A stretch of 64,000 nucleotides of DNA from an uncultured Gemmatimonadaceae bacterium (GCA_963761305.1 CAVXGK010000002.1:1952001-2016000); one strand, 5' to 3'; counted from the first letter of the stretch, positions 45,971 through 56,535 are shown. The notes: generated from the sequence alone by a model not told the origin. Translations and numbers: made by a program.

Positions 45971-48900
45971 ATGCGCCAACTCCAGTCCACGCTCTGCGCG
46001 GTAAGCCTCCTGGCGGCCGCAGTTTCGGTCGTTTCCGCGCAAGGGCGCCCGACCGTCAATCAACCCGGTCGCGCCATCCCGCTGACCGCGGTGCACAACG
46101 ACAACGCCCTCCCGCCGGACTCCGTGCTGGTGCGAGCGCTCATGTTTCGCTCCATCGGCCCGGCGGTCATGTCGGGTCGGATTTCCGACATCGCCGTCGT
46201 CGTCGACCCCAAGGCGCCGCGCGCGCGGATCGGTACGGTGATGTACGTCGCGGCCGCGACGGGCGGTGTCTGGAAGACGACGAACGCCGGCGTGAATTGG
46301 ACGACGGTCTTCGATTCCGTACGCACCGGCTCCGTCGGTGCTATCGCCGTCGCACCGTCGGATCCGAACGTCGTGTGGGTCGGCACGGGCGAAGCGAACA
46401 ACATGCGCAGCTCGTCGTGGGGCACGGGCGTCTACAAGTCGACCGACGCCGGCAAGACCTGGTCGAGCGCGATGCTTCCGGCGTCGCAACACATCGGCAA
46501 GATCGTTATCGACCCGCGCGATGCGAACGTCGTCTACGTCGCGGCGGTCGGTCCACTCTGGGCGCCGGGCGGCGAACGCGGCCTCTTCAAGACCACCGAC
46601 GGCGGCAAGACATGGACGAATCTCAAGGGGATCAGCCAGTACACGGGATTCACCGAGATCGCGATGGATCCGTCGAACCCCGACGTGCTCTACGCGGCGT
46701 CGCTGGAGCGCGAGCGTCGCGAGTACGGATTCCTTCCGGCCGGCCCGGAGACGGCGATTTACAAGACGACCGACGCCGGCGGCACGTGGAACAGGCTCAC
46801 CGAAGGCCTGCCGGCGGGAGACCTCGGCCGAATCGGATTGAGCGTTTGCAAATCGAAGCCGTCCATCGTGTACGCCACGATCCACGCGAAGCCACCGGCC
46901 GGGGGTCTCTACCGCAGTGAAGACGCCGGCGCGACGTGGAAGCAGATGAACGACCAGGACGGCACGGCGTGGTACTACAGCCAGGTGCGCTGCGATCCGA
47001 CGAATCCTGATCACATCGTTCAACTCAACGCGCAGTCGCGCGAATCGCACGACGCCGGCAAGACGCTCACGCCCTTCGCCGCGGGCGGCGTGCACAGCGA
47101 CCACCACGCGCTGTGGATCGGCGACGACGATCCCGACCACATGATTCTGGGCGGCGACGGCGGCATCTACACGACGTACGACGCCGGCCGCACCTGGGAT
47201 CACAACGAGAGCATCGTCGCCGGCCAGTTCTACGCGATCGCCGTCGACGATGCGCAGCCGTTCTACAACGTGTACGGCGGTCTGCAGGACAATCAGACAT
47301 GGGGCGGCCCGAGCCGCACACGCAACTCGTTCGGCCCGACCAACGCCGACTGGTTCCGCATGGCGGGCGGCGACGGCTTTTACGCGGTGCCCGATCCACT
47401 GGACAACAATCTCGTGTACGCCGAGTCGCAGACGGGGGGCGTCGTGCGCTACGACGCGCGCACCGGGCAGACGAAGAACATCCGTCCAGCGCCGAAGCCC
47501 GGTGAGCGCTTCCGCTTCAACTGGAGCGCGCCGATCCTTCCGAGCCGTCACGACGTGAAGAGCGTGTTCATGGCGGCGCAGTTCGTCTTCAAGAGCACCG
47601 ATCGCGGCGACTCGTGGGAAAAGATCAGCCCCGACCTCACGCGCGGCATCGATCGCAACAAGCTGCCGATGCGCGGCGCCGTCCCCGACTCCACCGCGCT
47701 CGGCCGCAATGAAGGGACGGCGGAGTTCAGCAACATCACGACGATCGACCAGTCGCCGCTCAAGAAGGACTTGCTCGCCGTCGGCACGGACGACGGTCTC
47801 ATTCAAATCACGCGTGACGGCGGCAAGACGTGGACGAAGACCGAGAAGTTCCCGAGTGTGCCCGAGACGACGTTCGTGAGCCGCGTCGTCTGGTCCGCCG
47901 CGGCGGAAGGAACGATCTACGCCACGCTCGACGGGCATCGCAGCAACGACTTCAAGCCGTACGTCGTGAAGAGCACGGACTACGGCGTGACGTGGACGTC
48001 GATCGCCGGAGATCTGCCGAACGGCGGACCGGTGCAGGTGGTTCGCGAACATCCGCGCCAATCCAATCTTCTGTTCGTCGGCACCGAGTTCGGCGTCTAC
48101 TGCACCACGGACGGCGGCGCGCGGTGGACGCAGCTCAAGAACGGCATTCCCGGCGTGCCCGTCGCCGACCTGCAAATCCAGTCGCGCGCGAACGATCTCG
48201 TCGTCGGCACGCACGGACGCGGAATCTTCATTCTCGACGACCTCTCGCCGCTCGAGAACCTCGCGCAGGCCAAGCAGGCGAACGTCGCGTATCTCTTCCC
48301 CGTGCAGGACGCCCTGCTCTTCCAACCGAACGCGAGTCGCAGCTCTGGCATGGGCACGCGCGGCTTCACGGGGCAGAATCCGGAGCCCGGACCGCACATC
48401 GCGTACACGCTCAACAACGTGCAGCCGAGCACGAAGATCACGCTCTCGGTGCTCGACGGAAGCGGCGCCGAGGTGCGCGCGCTGCCTGTGAACAAACAGC
48501 CGGGACTCTATCGCATCTCGTGGGACATGCGCGTCGGTCCGCCGCTCACTGGTCCGGTGGACACCGCCGCGTTGGCCAACGGTGGACGAGGAGTCGGCGG
48601 TGGTCGCGGCGGACGCGGCGGGTTTGGCGGCGGCAGAGGCGCGCCGCCTGGAGGCGAAACGGACTCCGCGGGCCGCGGCGGTCGAGGCGCAGGCGGTGCC
48701 GCTGACTCGACAGGTCGCGGCGGCGCAGGTGGGGGCGGCGGCGGCGGCGGCGGCGGCGGTGGTGGTGGATTTGGCGGCGGGCGGGGCGGGGCGGACGGAA
48801 CATTTCCCGCGACGCCCGGACGCTACATCGCGCGGCTGACGGTGACGTCGGCCGACGCGCCGCCGACGGTGCTCGATCAGTCGTTCCTGCTCACCAAGGA

Positions 48901-49588
48901 CCCGATGGTGATTCTGAGCGACAACGATCTCAAGCAACTCTACGCGTTCCGACTCGGCGTGGTGAAGCTGCAGCGCGATCTGCGCGACAAGCAGGCGCAG
49001 CTCGACACGGCCGAACGCACGTTCGCCGCGGCGAAGCGCGCCGCCGACTCAGCGGGCACCAAGGTCTCGCCGGAGCTGAAGGCACAAATCGCGTCGGTCG
49101 GGAAGGAGTTGTCCGACGTGACGCGTGAGATGGGCGCCGCGGGCGGCGGAAGAGGGGGGGGCGGTGCCGGTCGCGGTGGATTCGGTGGAGCGGGCGGCGC
49201 GGCGCTCGCCGCCGGCGGCGCGGGAGCCGTGGGCGGTGCCGGCGGCCGAGGAGGACGCGGTGGGGGGGCGGGAGGCCGTGGTGCCGGCGGCGCACCGATC
49301 GCACAAGCAGGTGCGGCAACTGGCGGCGCGGGAGGCGGAGCGGCGACCGATCAGGATCAGAATCCGACGGGCCCCGTGGCCGCGGAAACCATTCAGGCGC
49401 AACTCGCTACCACCACCGAGCTACTCAACGCCAACTTCACCCCGAGTCCGGAACAGAAGCGGCTGCTGCAGGCGATCCCGTTGGATCTCGAAAAGCAGGG
49501 AGCGCGCGTGAAGAAGGTGTCGGCGGATCAGCTGCCTGCGTTGCTCAAGGCGCTCAAGGACGCCGGCGTCGACGTGAAGACGCCGTGA
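45971..49588 (+). CDS. Secreted VPS10/sortilin-like BNR-repeat protein
   Basis: MSGRISD, Asp-boxes, VHSDHHALW, GGLQDN, GGDGF, GTHGRG. Confidence 0.9.
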   Translation: MRQLQSTLCAVSLLAAAVSVVSAQGRPTVNQPGRAIPLTAVHNDNALPPDSVLVRALMFRSIGPAVMSGRISDIAVVVDPKAPRARIGTVMYVAAATGGVWKTTNAGVNWTTVFDSVRTGSVGAIAVAPSDPNVVWVGTGEANNMRSSSWGTGVYKSTDAGKTWSSAMLPASQHIGKIVIDPRDANVVYVAAVGPLWAPGGERGLFKTTDGGKTWTNLKGISQYTGFTEIAMDPSNPDVLYAASLERERREYGFLPAGPETAIYKTTDAGGTWNRLTEGLPAGDLGRIGLSVCKSKPSIVYATIHAKPPAGGLYRSEDAGATWKQMNDQDGTAWYYSQVRCDPTNPDHIVQLNAQSRESHDAGKTLTPFAAGGVHSDHHALWIGDDDPDHMILGGDGGIYTTYDAGRTWDHNESIVAGQFYAIAVDDAQPFYNVYGGLQDNQTWGGPSRTRNSFGPTNADWFRMAGGDGFYAVPDPLDNNLVYAESQTGGVVRYDARTGQTKNIRPAPKPGERFRFNWSAPILPSRHDVKSVFMAAQFVFKSTDRGDSWEKISPDLTRGIDRNKLPMRGAVPDSTALGRNEGTAEFSNITTIDQSPLKKDLLAVGTDDGLIQITRDGGKTWTKTEKFPSVPETTFVSRVVWSAAAEGTIYATLDGHRSNDFKPYVVKSTDYGVTWTSIAGDLPNGGPVQVVREHPRQSNLLFVGTEFGVYCTTDGGARWTQLKNGIPGVPVADLQIQSRANDLVVGTHGRGIFILDDLSPLENLAQAKQANVAYLFPVQDALLFQPNASRSSGMGTRGFTGQNPEPGPHIAYTLNNVQPSTKITLSVLDGSGAEVRALPVNKQPGLYRISWDMRVGPPLTGPVDTAALANGGRGVGGGRGGRGGFGGGRGAPPGGETDSAGRGGRGAGGAADSTGRGGAGGGGGGGGGGGGGGFGGGRGGADGTFPATPGRYIARLTVTSADAPPTVLDQSFLLTKDPMVILSDNDLKQLYAFRLGVVKLQRDLRDKQAQLDTAERTFAAAKRAADSAGTKVSPELKAQIASVGKELSDVTREMGAAGGGRGGGGAGRGGFGGAGGAALAAGGAGAVGGAGGRGGRGGGAGGRGAGGAPIAQAGAATGGAGGGAATDQDQNPTGPVAAETIQAQLATTTELLNANFTPSPEQKRLLQAIPLDLEKQGARVKKVSADQLPALLKALKDAGVDVKTP

Positions 49589-49606
49589 TCGCCTCGTAGT
49601 CGCCGC

Positions 49607-51190
49607 CTAGCGCGGAGCCGGCTTGGGCACGGTCGCCGCCGGCAAGCTGTCGAGCATCGAGTGGAGTTCCTCGAGGCGACGCGCCGATTGACTGTTGTAG
49701 CACGCCGCGCGTTGGCGGGCGTAGCGGGCGGTCGTCATCCCGACGAGGTGGCACGTCGCGTCGCGCAGCTCGAGCCAGCGTCGCTGGGCCGACCGCACGT
49801 GCTCGACCGACGGCGGATCGGCCGCGTCGTCGGAGATGTTCGATTGCTTGCGCAGTCCGGCGATTACGAGTCGGTAGGCGTCGTTGACTTCGTTGTCCGG
49901 CTGCTCGAGGGCGGCGCGCAGGCACGCGCGTTGATCGGCGGGTTCGGGCGAGCCGCACAGGTCATCGGCGCCGCCCGTCTTGGTGACGTCGGTGACGGTC
50001 GAGTTGAGCGGACGAATCGGCGCCGCGGGAATCCGCGCGCCGCGCTGCGGCTGCGGCGTCGCCGCGGGGCCGACCTTCGACGTGGACTCGCTTGTCGCCG
50101 CCGTGTCGGGCTTGGGCTTGAGCGCGAGATCGCCCGACGCGAGTCCGGCGCTGTCGGTTGCCGCCGTGGCGACGACGTTCGCGTCGCTGGTGTGACCGCG
50201 CAGGATGATGAACGCCGCGGTGACCGCCGCGGCCGCGATCGCTACCGTCGCGACGAAGCGCCGTCCGAAAACGGACTGTCGCGGCATGACGACGTACTCG
50301 ACGCTGGCCTCCGGCGTATCGGGCTCGGGAGACATCGGCGGCGTGATGCGCGCGCGCACGGGAGTCGTGGGGCCGGCGAGCGCGCGCAACATCGCGATGA
50401 AGCCGTCGATGTCGGGCGTGTCCTCGTCGTGTGCGTATTGGGCGAGCGCGTCCACCGCCGCGGTGACGCGTCGCGGCAAGTCGGGGCGCACTTCGGCGAG
50501 GAGCGTCATGCCGGCGGACCCGAACGGGAATCCGGCGAGCATGGTCCAGGCGAGGCGCCCGATCGTGCGCGCGTCGTCGGCCAGGTTCGTCGGCACGTCG
50601 ATCGCGTCGAGCTGCGGCTCGAACGTGAACAAGGCGCGCCCGCTGCCCTGCTGGAACACGAGACCGGCCGGCGTGACCTTGCGATGGACGATGCCGTTCG
50701 CCCACGCCCAGTCGAGCGCCGCGTTGAGCTGCTCGAAGATCGCCGCCAGGCGATCGGGTGAGATCGTCTCGGCCAATTCCTCCGACGACAGCAGATCCTC
50801 GAGCGTCGAGCCGCGCACGCGCGGACGCACCGTCGCGAATGAATCGCGAGCGATCTGCCGCCCTTCGAGCACCGGCACGACGTTCGGATGCCGCATGGCC
50901 GATTCGCGACGCGCGTCGGCCTGCAACTGCATGATCAGGTTGGCGGCCTGTCCCCACGGCGCGCGCACGACGTCGATCGTGACCTCGCGATTGATCGTCC
51001 GATGTCGGGCGAGATACGAAATGGAGTCGTTCGTGCGCCGCGTCTCCGACAGAATCTCGTAGCGCGACTCGAGATCGGAGAGGTCGGGGAGAAACGGGTC
51101 GGGTTCCGGAAACGGCGCGGGTGATTCCCGCGACGCCAGGAAGCGCCGCCAATCCAGGCGAGGAGGCGTGCCTTGCGTCTCGTCGCTCAG
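49607..51190 (-). CDS. Membrane pseudokinase with C-terminal LprI/DUF1311-like domain; start uncertain (CTG 51190 or GTG 50968)
   Basis: YEIL...YLARHRTINREV, MRHPNVVP, GIVHRKVTP, one TM, then C...AQRRWLELRDATC...C. Confidence 0.72.
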   Translation of the reverse strand: MSDETQGTPPRLDWRRFLASRESPAPFPEPDPFLPDLSDLESRYEILSETRRTNDSISYLARHRTINREVTIDVVRAPWGQAANLIMQLQADARRESAMRHPNVVPVLEGRQIARDSFATVRPRVRGSTLEDLLSSEELAETISPDRLAAIFEQLNAALDWAWANGIVHRKVTPAGLVFQQGSGRALFTFEPQLDAIDVPTNLADDARTIGRLAWTMLAGFPFGSAGMTLLAEVRPDLPRRVTAAVDALAQYAHDEDTPDIDGFIAMLRALAGPTTPVRARITPPMSPEPDTPEASVEYVVMPRQSVFGRRFVATVAIAAAAVTAAFIILRGHTSDANVVATAATDSAGLASGDLALKPKPDTAATSESTSKVGPAATPQPQRGARIPAAPIRPLNSTVTDVTKTGGADDLCGSPEPADQRACLRAALEQPDNEVNDAYRLVIAGLRKQSNISDDAADPPSVEHVRSAQRRWLELRDATCHLVGMTTARYARQRAACYNSQSARRLEELHSMLDSLPAATVPKPAPR

Positions 51191-52233
51191 GTTTCCACCG
51201 CCCGTCCGCTCTCACGCTCGGCGCGGACATGCGTGAGCCAGCCGTGTGGATCGTCGACCGCCCCGCGCGCGATGTCGAGAAAGCGTTGCTGAAGTTGAGT
51301 CGTGATCGGCCCGCGCCGGCCGTTGCCGATTTCGACGCGATCGATGCTGCGCACCGGCGTCACTTCCGACGCCGTTCCGCACAAAAAGATTTCGTCGGCC
51401 GTGTAGAGCATCTCGCGCGGCATCTCCTGCTCGCGAGCGTCCAGCCCCAAGTCACGCGCCAATTCGAGAATGCTATAGCGCGTCACGCCGTGCAGCAGCG
51501 TGCCGTTGATCGTCGGCGTGTAGAGGATGCCGCGGTGCACGAGGAAGAGATTCTGCCCCGAGCCTTCGCTGATCATGCCGCCGGTCGTGAGCGCGACGCC
51601 CTCGGCGTATCCGTTGCGGAGCGCCTCCATCTTCACGAGCTGGCTGCCGAGGTAGTTGCCGGCAACCTTGGCCATCGCGGGAATTGTGTTGGGCGCGACG
51701 CGATGCCACGTCGCGACGCACGCGTCGATGCCGTTGTCGAGCGCGCCGTGTCCGAGGTACGTGCCCCACGGCCAGCATGGGAGATAGACCTCGACCGGAC
51801 TGTCGAACGGCACCATGCCGGCGGCGCCGTACCCGCGCACGACCATGGGACGCAGATAGCACGAGTCGACATTGTTGCGCTCGACGAGCTCGCAGCACGC
51901 CGACACCAGCTCGTCGATCGAATACTGAAGATCCATGCGATAGATCTTGCATGAATCGATCATACGCTGAAGATGATCTTCGAGACGGAAGATCGCCGGC
52001 CCGCGCGGCGTCGCGTAGCAGCGGATCCCCTCGAAGACGGAGGATCCGAATTGAAGCGAATGAGCGAGGACGTGAATCGTCGCGTCCCGCCACCGAATGA
52101 ACTCACCGTCGTGCCAGATCCATTCGGTCTCGGTGAGCTTGGCCAAGGAACTCCTCGAGGATTTTTTGGAGGCGGCAGGCCCAGCTAGCCCGACACAACG
52201 GTAATATGTCGTTGGAGCGCTCGGTTGCGCCAC
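51187..52233 (-). CDS. ilvE: Branched-chain amino acid aminotransferase
   Basis: VFEGIRCY, FRLEDH, YLRP, AKVAGNY, EGSGQN, GVTR, GTASEVTP. Confidence 0.95.
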   Translation of the reverse strand: MAQPSAPTTYYRCVGLAGPAASKKSSRSSLAKLTETEWIWHDGEFIRWRDATIHVLAHSLQFGSSVFEGIRCYATPRGPAIFRLEDHLQRMIDSCKIYRMDLQYSIDELVSACCELVERNNVDSCYLRPMVVRGYGAAGMVPFDSPVEVYLPCWPWGTYLGHGALDNGIDACVATWHRVAPNTIPAMAKVAGNYLGSQLVKMEALRNGYAEGVALTTGGMISEGSGQNLFLVHRGILYTPTINGTLLHGVTRYSILELARDLGLDAREQEMPREMLYTADEIFLCGTASEVTPVRSIDRVEIGNGRRGPITTQLQQRFLDIARGAVDDPHGWLTHVRAERESGRAVET

Positions 52234-52250
52234 GGCTTTCTCGCTCGTTG

Positions 52251-53585
52251 CTAGCTCGCGGCCATGGCGCTCAGCAAGGCGTACGCGACTTCGTCGTGCC
52301 CAAGGTCAGAATGACCGCCGATCACCGCGTTCGAGTCGAGGTTGTAGATGCCCCTCGCTGCAAAACTGTAAGAATCGTCGACCGCTTTCAGCGTGACCAC
52401 CTGCGTGCCCGGCGTTTTCTGCGCTCCGTTGCGGCCGAGCCCTCCGTACGGGTCGTTCGCGTCGCCCAACGCTGCGGCGATCTGGCGCGCGATGCGCGAC
52501 GCGAGCGGATACGCAAGACCAACCGCTTTGTCTTTCGCGGTGAAGGTGATCGCGGTCACACCGCGCACACGCACCGGGTCGGTCTCCACGCGCCGATAGA
52601 AGCCGTCGTGCATTCCGTCGTACGAAACGGCGAACGCAAAATGCGAAAACGCGCCCTGCATGAGCGTCAGCGAGTCGACGGGGAGCGGCGCGGAATCCGG
52701 CGCGCCGGCGGCGGCCGCGGTCACCAACCGACAACCAAAGCTGTGTCCGGCAAGGTGAATGCGCAGTGCTTGTGCGCCGTCGGCCGCGCGCTGCTCGCGA
52801 ACTCGTTGCAGCGCGTCGTGGACGCCCCCCTGGCCGATGTCGCCGGCGCGGGTCTTCATCTGGTAGAACGTCACCAGGTTGGCGAGACTCTTCGCGCCGT
52901 CCACCGCCCTGCCGATCCAGTCGCCGAGGCCCGCCGCTCCGCCCATGTCGCCGGCCGAAGGCGTCGCCACCGCGGGACGGCTGAGTCGCTGCAGCAGCTC
53001 GTCGCCGCCCAGCGTGTAGAAGTCGTCGGAGATGACCGGCTCTTCGTCGTTCGCGCCGTGCGGCATGAACGCGCGCACGATCCCCACGAACTCGTCGCGT
53101 GCGTCGAGCGAACCGGCGAGCGATGGAATGAGCGACTTGGCTCGCGCGAGCGCCTTCTTGGCCTCCGGCGTGTCGATGAAGCTGGCCAACAGGTCGATCG
53201 CGGCCGACGCGGCGTCCGCGCCGGCCGCGTCGCTCATCGACGCCGCGCCGCCGGGGATCAGCGAGCTGTCGTCGAACTTCTTGGACGGCCAGAGAATCCC
53301 GCACACAATGACCTGTCGCGCGCGTACCGCCACGCACGCGGCGGCCGGCTTGGGCAGCACCGCTGTGATGTGATCGCCGATCAGCGTGTAGAGCGCTTCG
53401 GCGTCGGGGATGTTGTCGTTCCAGCCGTGCGAGAGCACCAGCAGGTCGGTGACGACCTGCCGGCCCGTCGGCTTGGTCAGCGCGTCGACGAGTGTCGCGA
53501 ACTGGTCCGGCTTGTTGATCGCGCCGTCCTTCGTGAACTCGAGCGGGAAATACGGGAACGGGCCGATCGTCGTGGGCGACGCCAT
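52251..53585 (-). CDS. Alpha/beta-hydrolase-fold protein
   Basis: SHGWN, WPS, AGHSFG nucleophile elbow, QGAFS, GGHSD. Confidence 0.75.
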   Translation of the reverse strand: MASPTTIGPFPYFPLEFTKDGAINKPDQFATLVDALTKPTGRQVVTDLLVLSHGWNDNIPDAEALYTLIGDHITAVLPKPAAACVAVRARQVIVCGILWPSKKFDDSSLIPGGAASMSDAAGADAASAAIDLLASFIDTPEAKKALARAKSLIPSLAGSLDARDEFVGIVRAFMPHGANDEEPVISDDFYTLGGDELLQRLSRPAVATPSAGDMGGAAGLGDWIGRAVDGAKSLANLVTFYQMKTRAGDIGQGGVHDALQRVREQRAADGAQALRIHLAGHSFGCRLVTAAAAGAPDSAPLPVDSLTLMQGAFSHFAFAVSYDGMHDGFYRRVETDPVRVRGVTAITFTAKDKAVGLAYPLASRIARQIAAALGDANDPYGGLGRNGAQKTPGTQVVTLKAVDDSYSFAARGIYNLDSNAVIGGHSDLGHDEVAYALLSAMAAS

Positions 53586-53600
53586 GGGGGGGAGTGCGAG

Positions 53601-55121
53601 CTAGACCGATTGAATGGCGCGCATCAGGTCGATCAACCCCGCGCCCTGGAAATAGCGCTCGCGATTGAGATCGGTCGCGGCGCGCATGAAGATCCGTTTC
53701 ACCTCTTCGGATTGACCGATGTACTCGCGGCGGATGGAGAGAAACGCGGCGATCGCGCCGGACACGTGCGGCGCGGCCATGCTCGTGCCGCTGTCTTCGA
53801 CATACAACGCGTCGCTCTGCGTGGCGGTGCGGGCGGCGTCGAGCGCCGCGCCGGCGCCGCACGAGATGATCTTCTCGCCCGGCGCCACGACGTCCGGCTT
53901 GGGACGTCCGTCGCCCGTCGGGCCCTTGGACGAGAAATAGGACACGCCGTACACGTGGGGCATGTCGCGGTGCGTCGACCCGACCGTGATGGCGCGGTCT
54001 GCGTTGCCCGGATCGTTGATGCTGAGCGACAACCCGGCCGCGACGCTGCCGCGATCGACCGTCTCGTCGTAGCCGTAGCCGGTGTTGCCCGCCGCGACGA
54101 CGACCACGACGCCCGACCGTACCAGCCGATCCACGACGTTGCATAGCGGACTCTGTCCGCAGGCGAACCACTCCGGATCGAAGTCGTAGCCGACGCTGAG
54201 GTTCACGCCGTGGATCTTGATGTCCTTTCCGTATCCGTTCACACGATCCACCGACTCCAGCGCGACGATCACGTTGCTCACGGGTCCGCGTCCGTCGGGG
54301 CCGAGCACCTTGAGGCTGACCAGCGTCGCCTGCGGCGCGATGCCGCGGATCGCCCTGAGCGGCACGACCTCCCGCGTCACGGCGCCCATCTCGTCTCGAT
54401 GCCGCGAGACCGCGGAGATCGTCTGCCCCGGCGGCAGATCGGCCAGCGCCAACTCGCCGGCGATGATGCCCGCGACGTGCGTCCCGTGCCCGAAGTCGTC
54501 GACGAGCGGCGTTCCGGCGGTGCCGGGCGGCGCCGTGAAGTCCACGTGCGCGAGCGGCGCATCCAACAACAGCGTCTTGTGTTTTCGAAAGTGCGGATGG
54601 TCGCCTTGCACGCCGGAGTCGAGCACTGCCCACACGACCTTCGCGCCGCTCGCCGTGAACGCGGTGAGCGCCGCGTCGGCCTTCACGGTGCTCACCGAAT
54701 GCGTGAGCAGCGCCTTGACCTCGAAGTCCGGCCAGATGTGAAAGATCACGCGCGCCGGCGAGTTCGACGCTCCACCGGCCGATTGCGCGTCGAGCTTCAC
54801 GAGCGCGCGAATCGCGCGGCCGTCGAGCCGCGCGAAAACGTACTGGTCGCTCAAGTCGGTCTTGCGATGATTGACACCGATGCCGGTGCTGTCGACGCGC
54901 GCGTCGGAGCTGGCAGCGAGCGCGACGGCGATCAAATCGGCGACGCGCTGGCGCGCTCGCTCACGCCCGCCCGCATATAACATGTTGACGTCGATGACGA
55001 CGTCGAAGACGGCGTTGTCGCCGCGTTGGTCGAGCAGTTCGAGAAGCGGACGCGCGATGACCGTCCTGTCGAGGACGGTCGGATCGAATCGTTTGTCGGG
55101 CGTGGGTGTTGGGGGGGCCAT
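53601..55121 (-). CDS. S8 family serine peptidase (subtilase), no obvious signal peptide
   Basis: VLDSG, HGTHVAG, AAGN, GTSMAAPHVSG. Confidence 0.95.
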   Translation of the reverse strand: MAPPTPTPDKRFDPTVLDRTVIARPLLELLDQRGDNAVFDVVIDVNMLYAGGRERARQRVADLIAVALAASSDARVDSTGIGVNHRKTDLSDQYVFARLDGRAIRALVKLDAQSAGGASNSPARVIFHIWPDFEVKALLTHSVSTVKADAALTAFTASGAKVVWAVLDSGVQGDHPHFRKHKTLLLDAPLAHVDFTAPPGTAGTPLVDDFGHGTHVAGIIAGELALADLPPGQTISAVSRHRDEMGAVTREVVPLRAIRGIAPQATLVSLKVLGPDGRGPVSNVIVALESVDRVNGYGKDIKIHGVNLSVGYDFDPEWFACGQSPLCNVVDRLVRSGVVVVVAAGNTGYGYDETVDRGSVAAGLSLSINDPGNADRAITVGSTHRDMPHVYGVSYFSSKGPTGDGRPKPDVVAPGEKIISCGAGAALDAARTATQSDALYVEDSGTSMAAPHVSGAIAAFLSIRREYIGQSEEVKRIFMRAATDLNRERYFQGAGLIDLMRAIQSV

Positions 55122-55299
55122 CGGGCAGGCTCGAGGGGCGAGCGATGGCGGCGGCGCCGCCAGAATGCTGGGCCCGATCGACGCGCCGGGCAAGGGATAG
55201 TACGCCTTCTCGCACAAAGACCGGACCCACCAGCGCCGACGAACGATGGCGCCCGGCCCCGCGTACTAAGGGTGGTCACTTCATCCGATTGGAGCTCAC

Positions 55300-56526
55300 G
55301 TGGGCCTCGGCACAAATCGTTCGTTTTCACGGCGCGCGTCGCGCGCGGCCCTCGCCGCGGCCGGCTGCGTCGCGCTGTTCGCCGCTCTCGTCGGCTTCAG
55401 ATCGTTCGCGCGCGTCGCCCCAGGGTTGTCGTTCCGAATCTCATCGGCCGTGCGCATCTACCCCGGCGACACGCCGCGCAATCAGGACGACGAGGTGATG
55501 CGCGGTCGCGGCATCGCGGTAAACAACCGCTCGCGCATCGAATTCCTCGCCTACACCCCCATGCCCTCGAACGTCACATCCGACGACTATCTCGTCTCCG
55601 TGGACTCGGGCAAGGTGTTCCTCTATCACACCGGCAGTCAGACCTTCGCGCCGGCCAACGACACGTTCGGCGGCCCGGCCGTCGTCGCGATCGGCCGAGT
55701 GCTCGGCGGTGGCGCACGCGGAGGGCGCGGCGGTGCGGCGGGCGCGAACGGTGATCCGAACGCCGCGGGTGGTGGCGGCGGGGCCGGACGCGCCGGACGC
55801 GGAGGTTTTCCAGGCCGCGGCGGCGGGGGCGGTGGCGGTGGTGGCGGCGGAAACCCCGGTCGCGGCCGTGGCCGAGGACGTGGGAGCGTCAGTCAAGGTT
55901 TCTTGACGCAGATCAATCTGCTCGACGTGAGCTTCAAGGTCGAAAAGCTCGGCGCCGATTCGGCGATCGAGGGCCGGCCGACGCAGCACTATCGCATCAC
56001 CAGCGACTATCGCGTCGTCTGGAGCGACCAGGGGTTCCCCGCGCACGCCGTCACCGACGTCTGGACCGTCGCGTTGCCGACGCTCATCCCGAATCCATTC
56101 GAGCCGCTCATCGTCGCCGATCAGTCGACCGACGGCCCGCTGATCGAATACGCGCTCAAGCTCCGCTCCGCGCGCGCCCAGATCGAAGGCACGCTCGTCA
56201 AAGTCGTGACGACGACGACGCTCGCCAACATTCGCGACATCGTCGGCTTTCAGAGTTTCGTGACGGACGATCCGACGGTCGACAAGCTCACGATCGTGCA
56301 GCAGACGCAGCTCACGAACATTCAGCCCGCCGACGTCGATCCGAAACAGGTCGACGTGCCGGACATGTCCGGCGCCGAAACGCAGGAATCGCCGTCCTCG
56401 GCGCCAACCTCGCCAACCTCGCCAACCTCGCCAACCTCGCCAACCTCGCCAACCTCGCCAACCTCGCCGACCTCGCCGACCTCGCCGACCTCGCCAACCT
56501 CGCCGACCTCACGCCCGCCGCGCTAA
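55300..56526 (+). CDS. Exported hypothetical protein with Gly/Arg insert and (PTS)12 tail
   Basis: Hydrophobic N-terminal signal; IEGRPTQHY motif; low-complexity segments. Confidence 0.72.
   Translation: MGLGTNRSFSRRASRAALAAAGCVALFAALVGFRSFARVAPGLSFRISSAVRIYPGDTPRNQDDEVMRGRGIAVNNRSRIEFLAYTPMPSNVTSDDYLVSVDSGKVFLYHTGSQTFAPANDTFGGPAVVAIGRVLGGGARGGRGGAAGANGDPNAAGGGGGAGRAGRGGFPGRGGGGGGGGGGGNPGRGRGRGRGSVSQGFLTQINLLDVSFKVEKLGADSAIEGRPTQHYRITSDYRVVWSDQGFPAHAVTDVWTVALPTLIPNPFEPLIVADQSTDGPLIEYALKLRSARAQIEGTLVKVVTTTTLANIRDIVGFQSFVTDDPTVDKLTIVQQTQLTNIQPADVDPKQVDVPDMSGAETQESPSSAPTSPTSPTSPTSPTSPTSPTSPTSPTSPTSPTSPTSRPPR
56402..56509 (+). repeat. 9-bp tandem repeat (cgccRacct)x12
   Basis: Twelve contiguous units encoding Pro-Thr-Ser. 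Confidence 0.95.
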
Positions 56527-56535
56527 ATTCGCGGG

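Noticed and set aside
45896..48937. 1013-aa antisense ORF and similar long shadow ORFs (16942-19263, 38399-40936, 52306-54633)
   Set aside because: These are expected in high-GC DNA opposite or out of frame with real genes; they are Arg/Ala-rich with no motifs.
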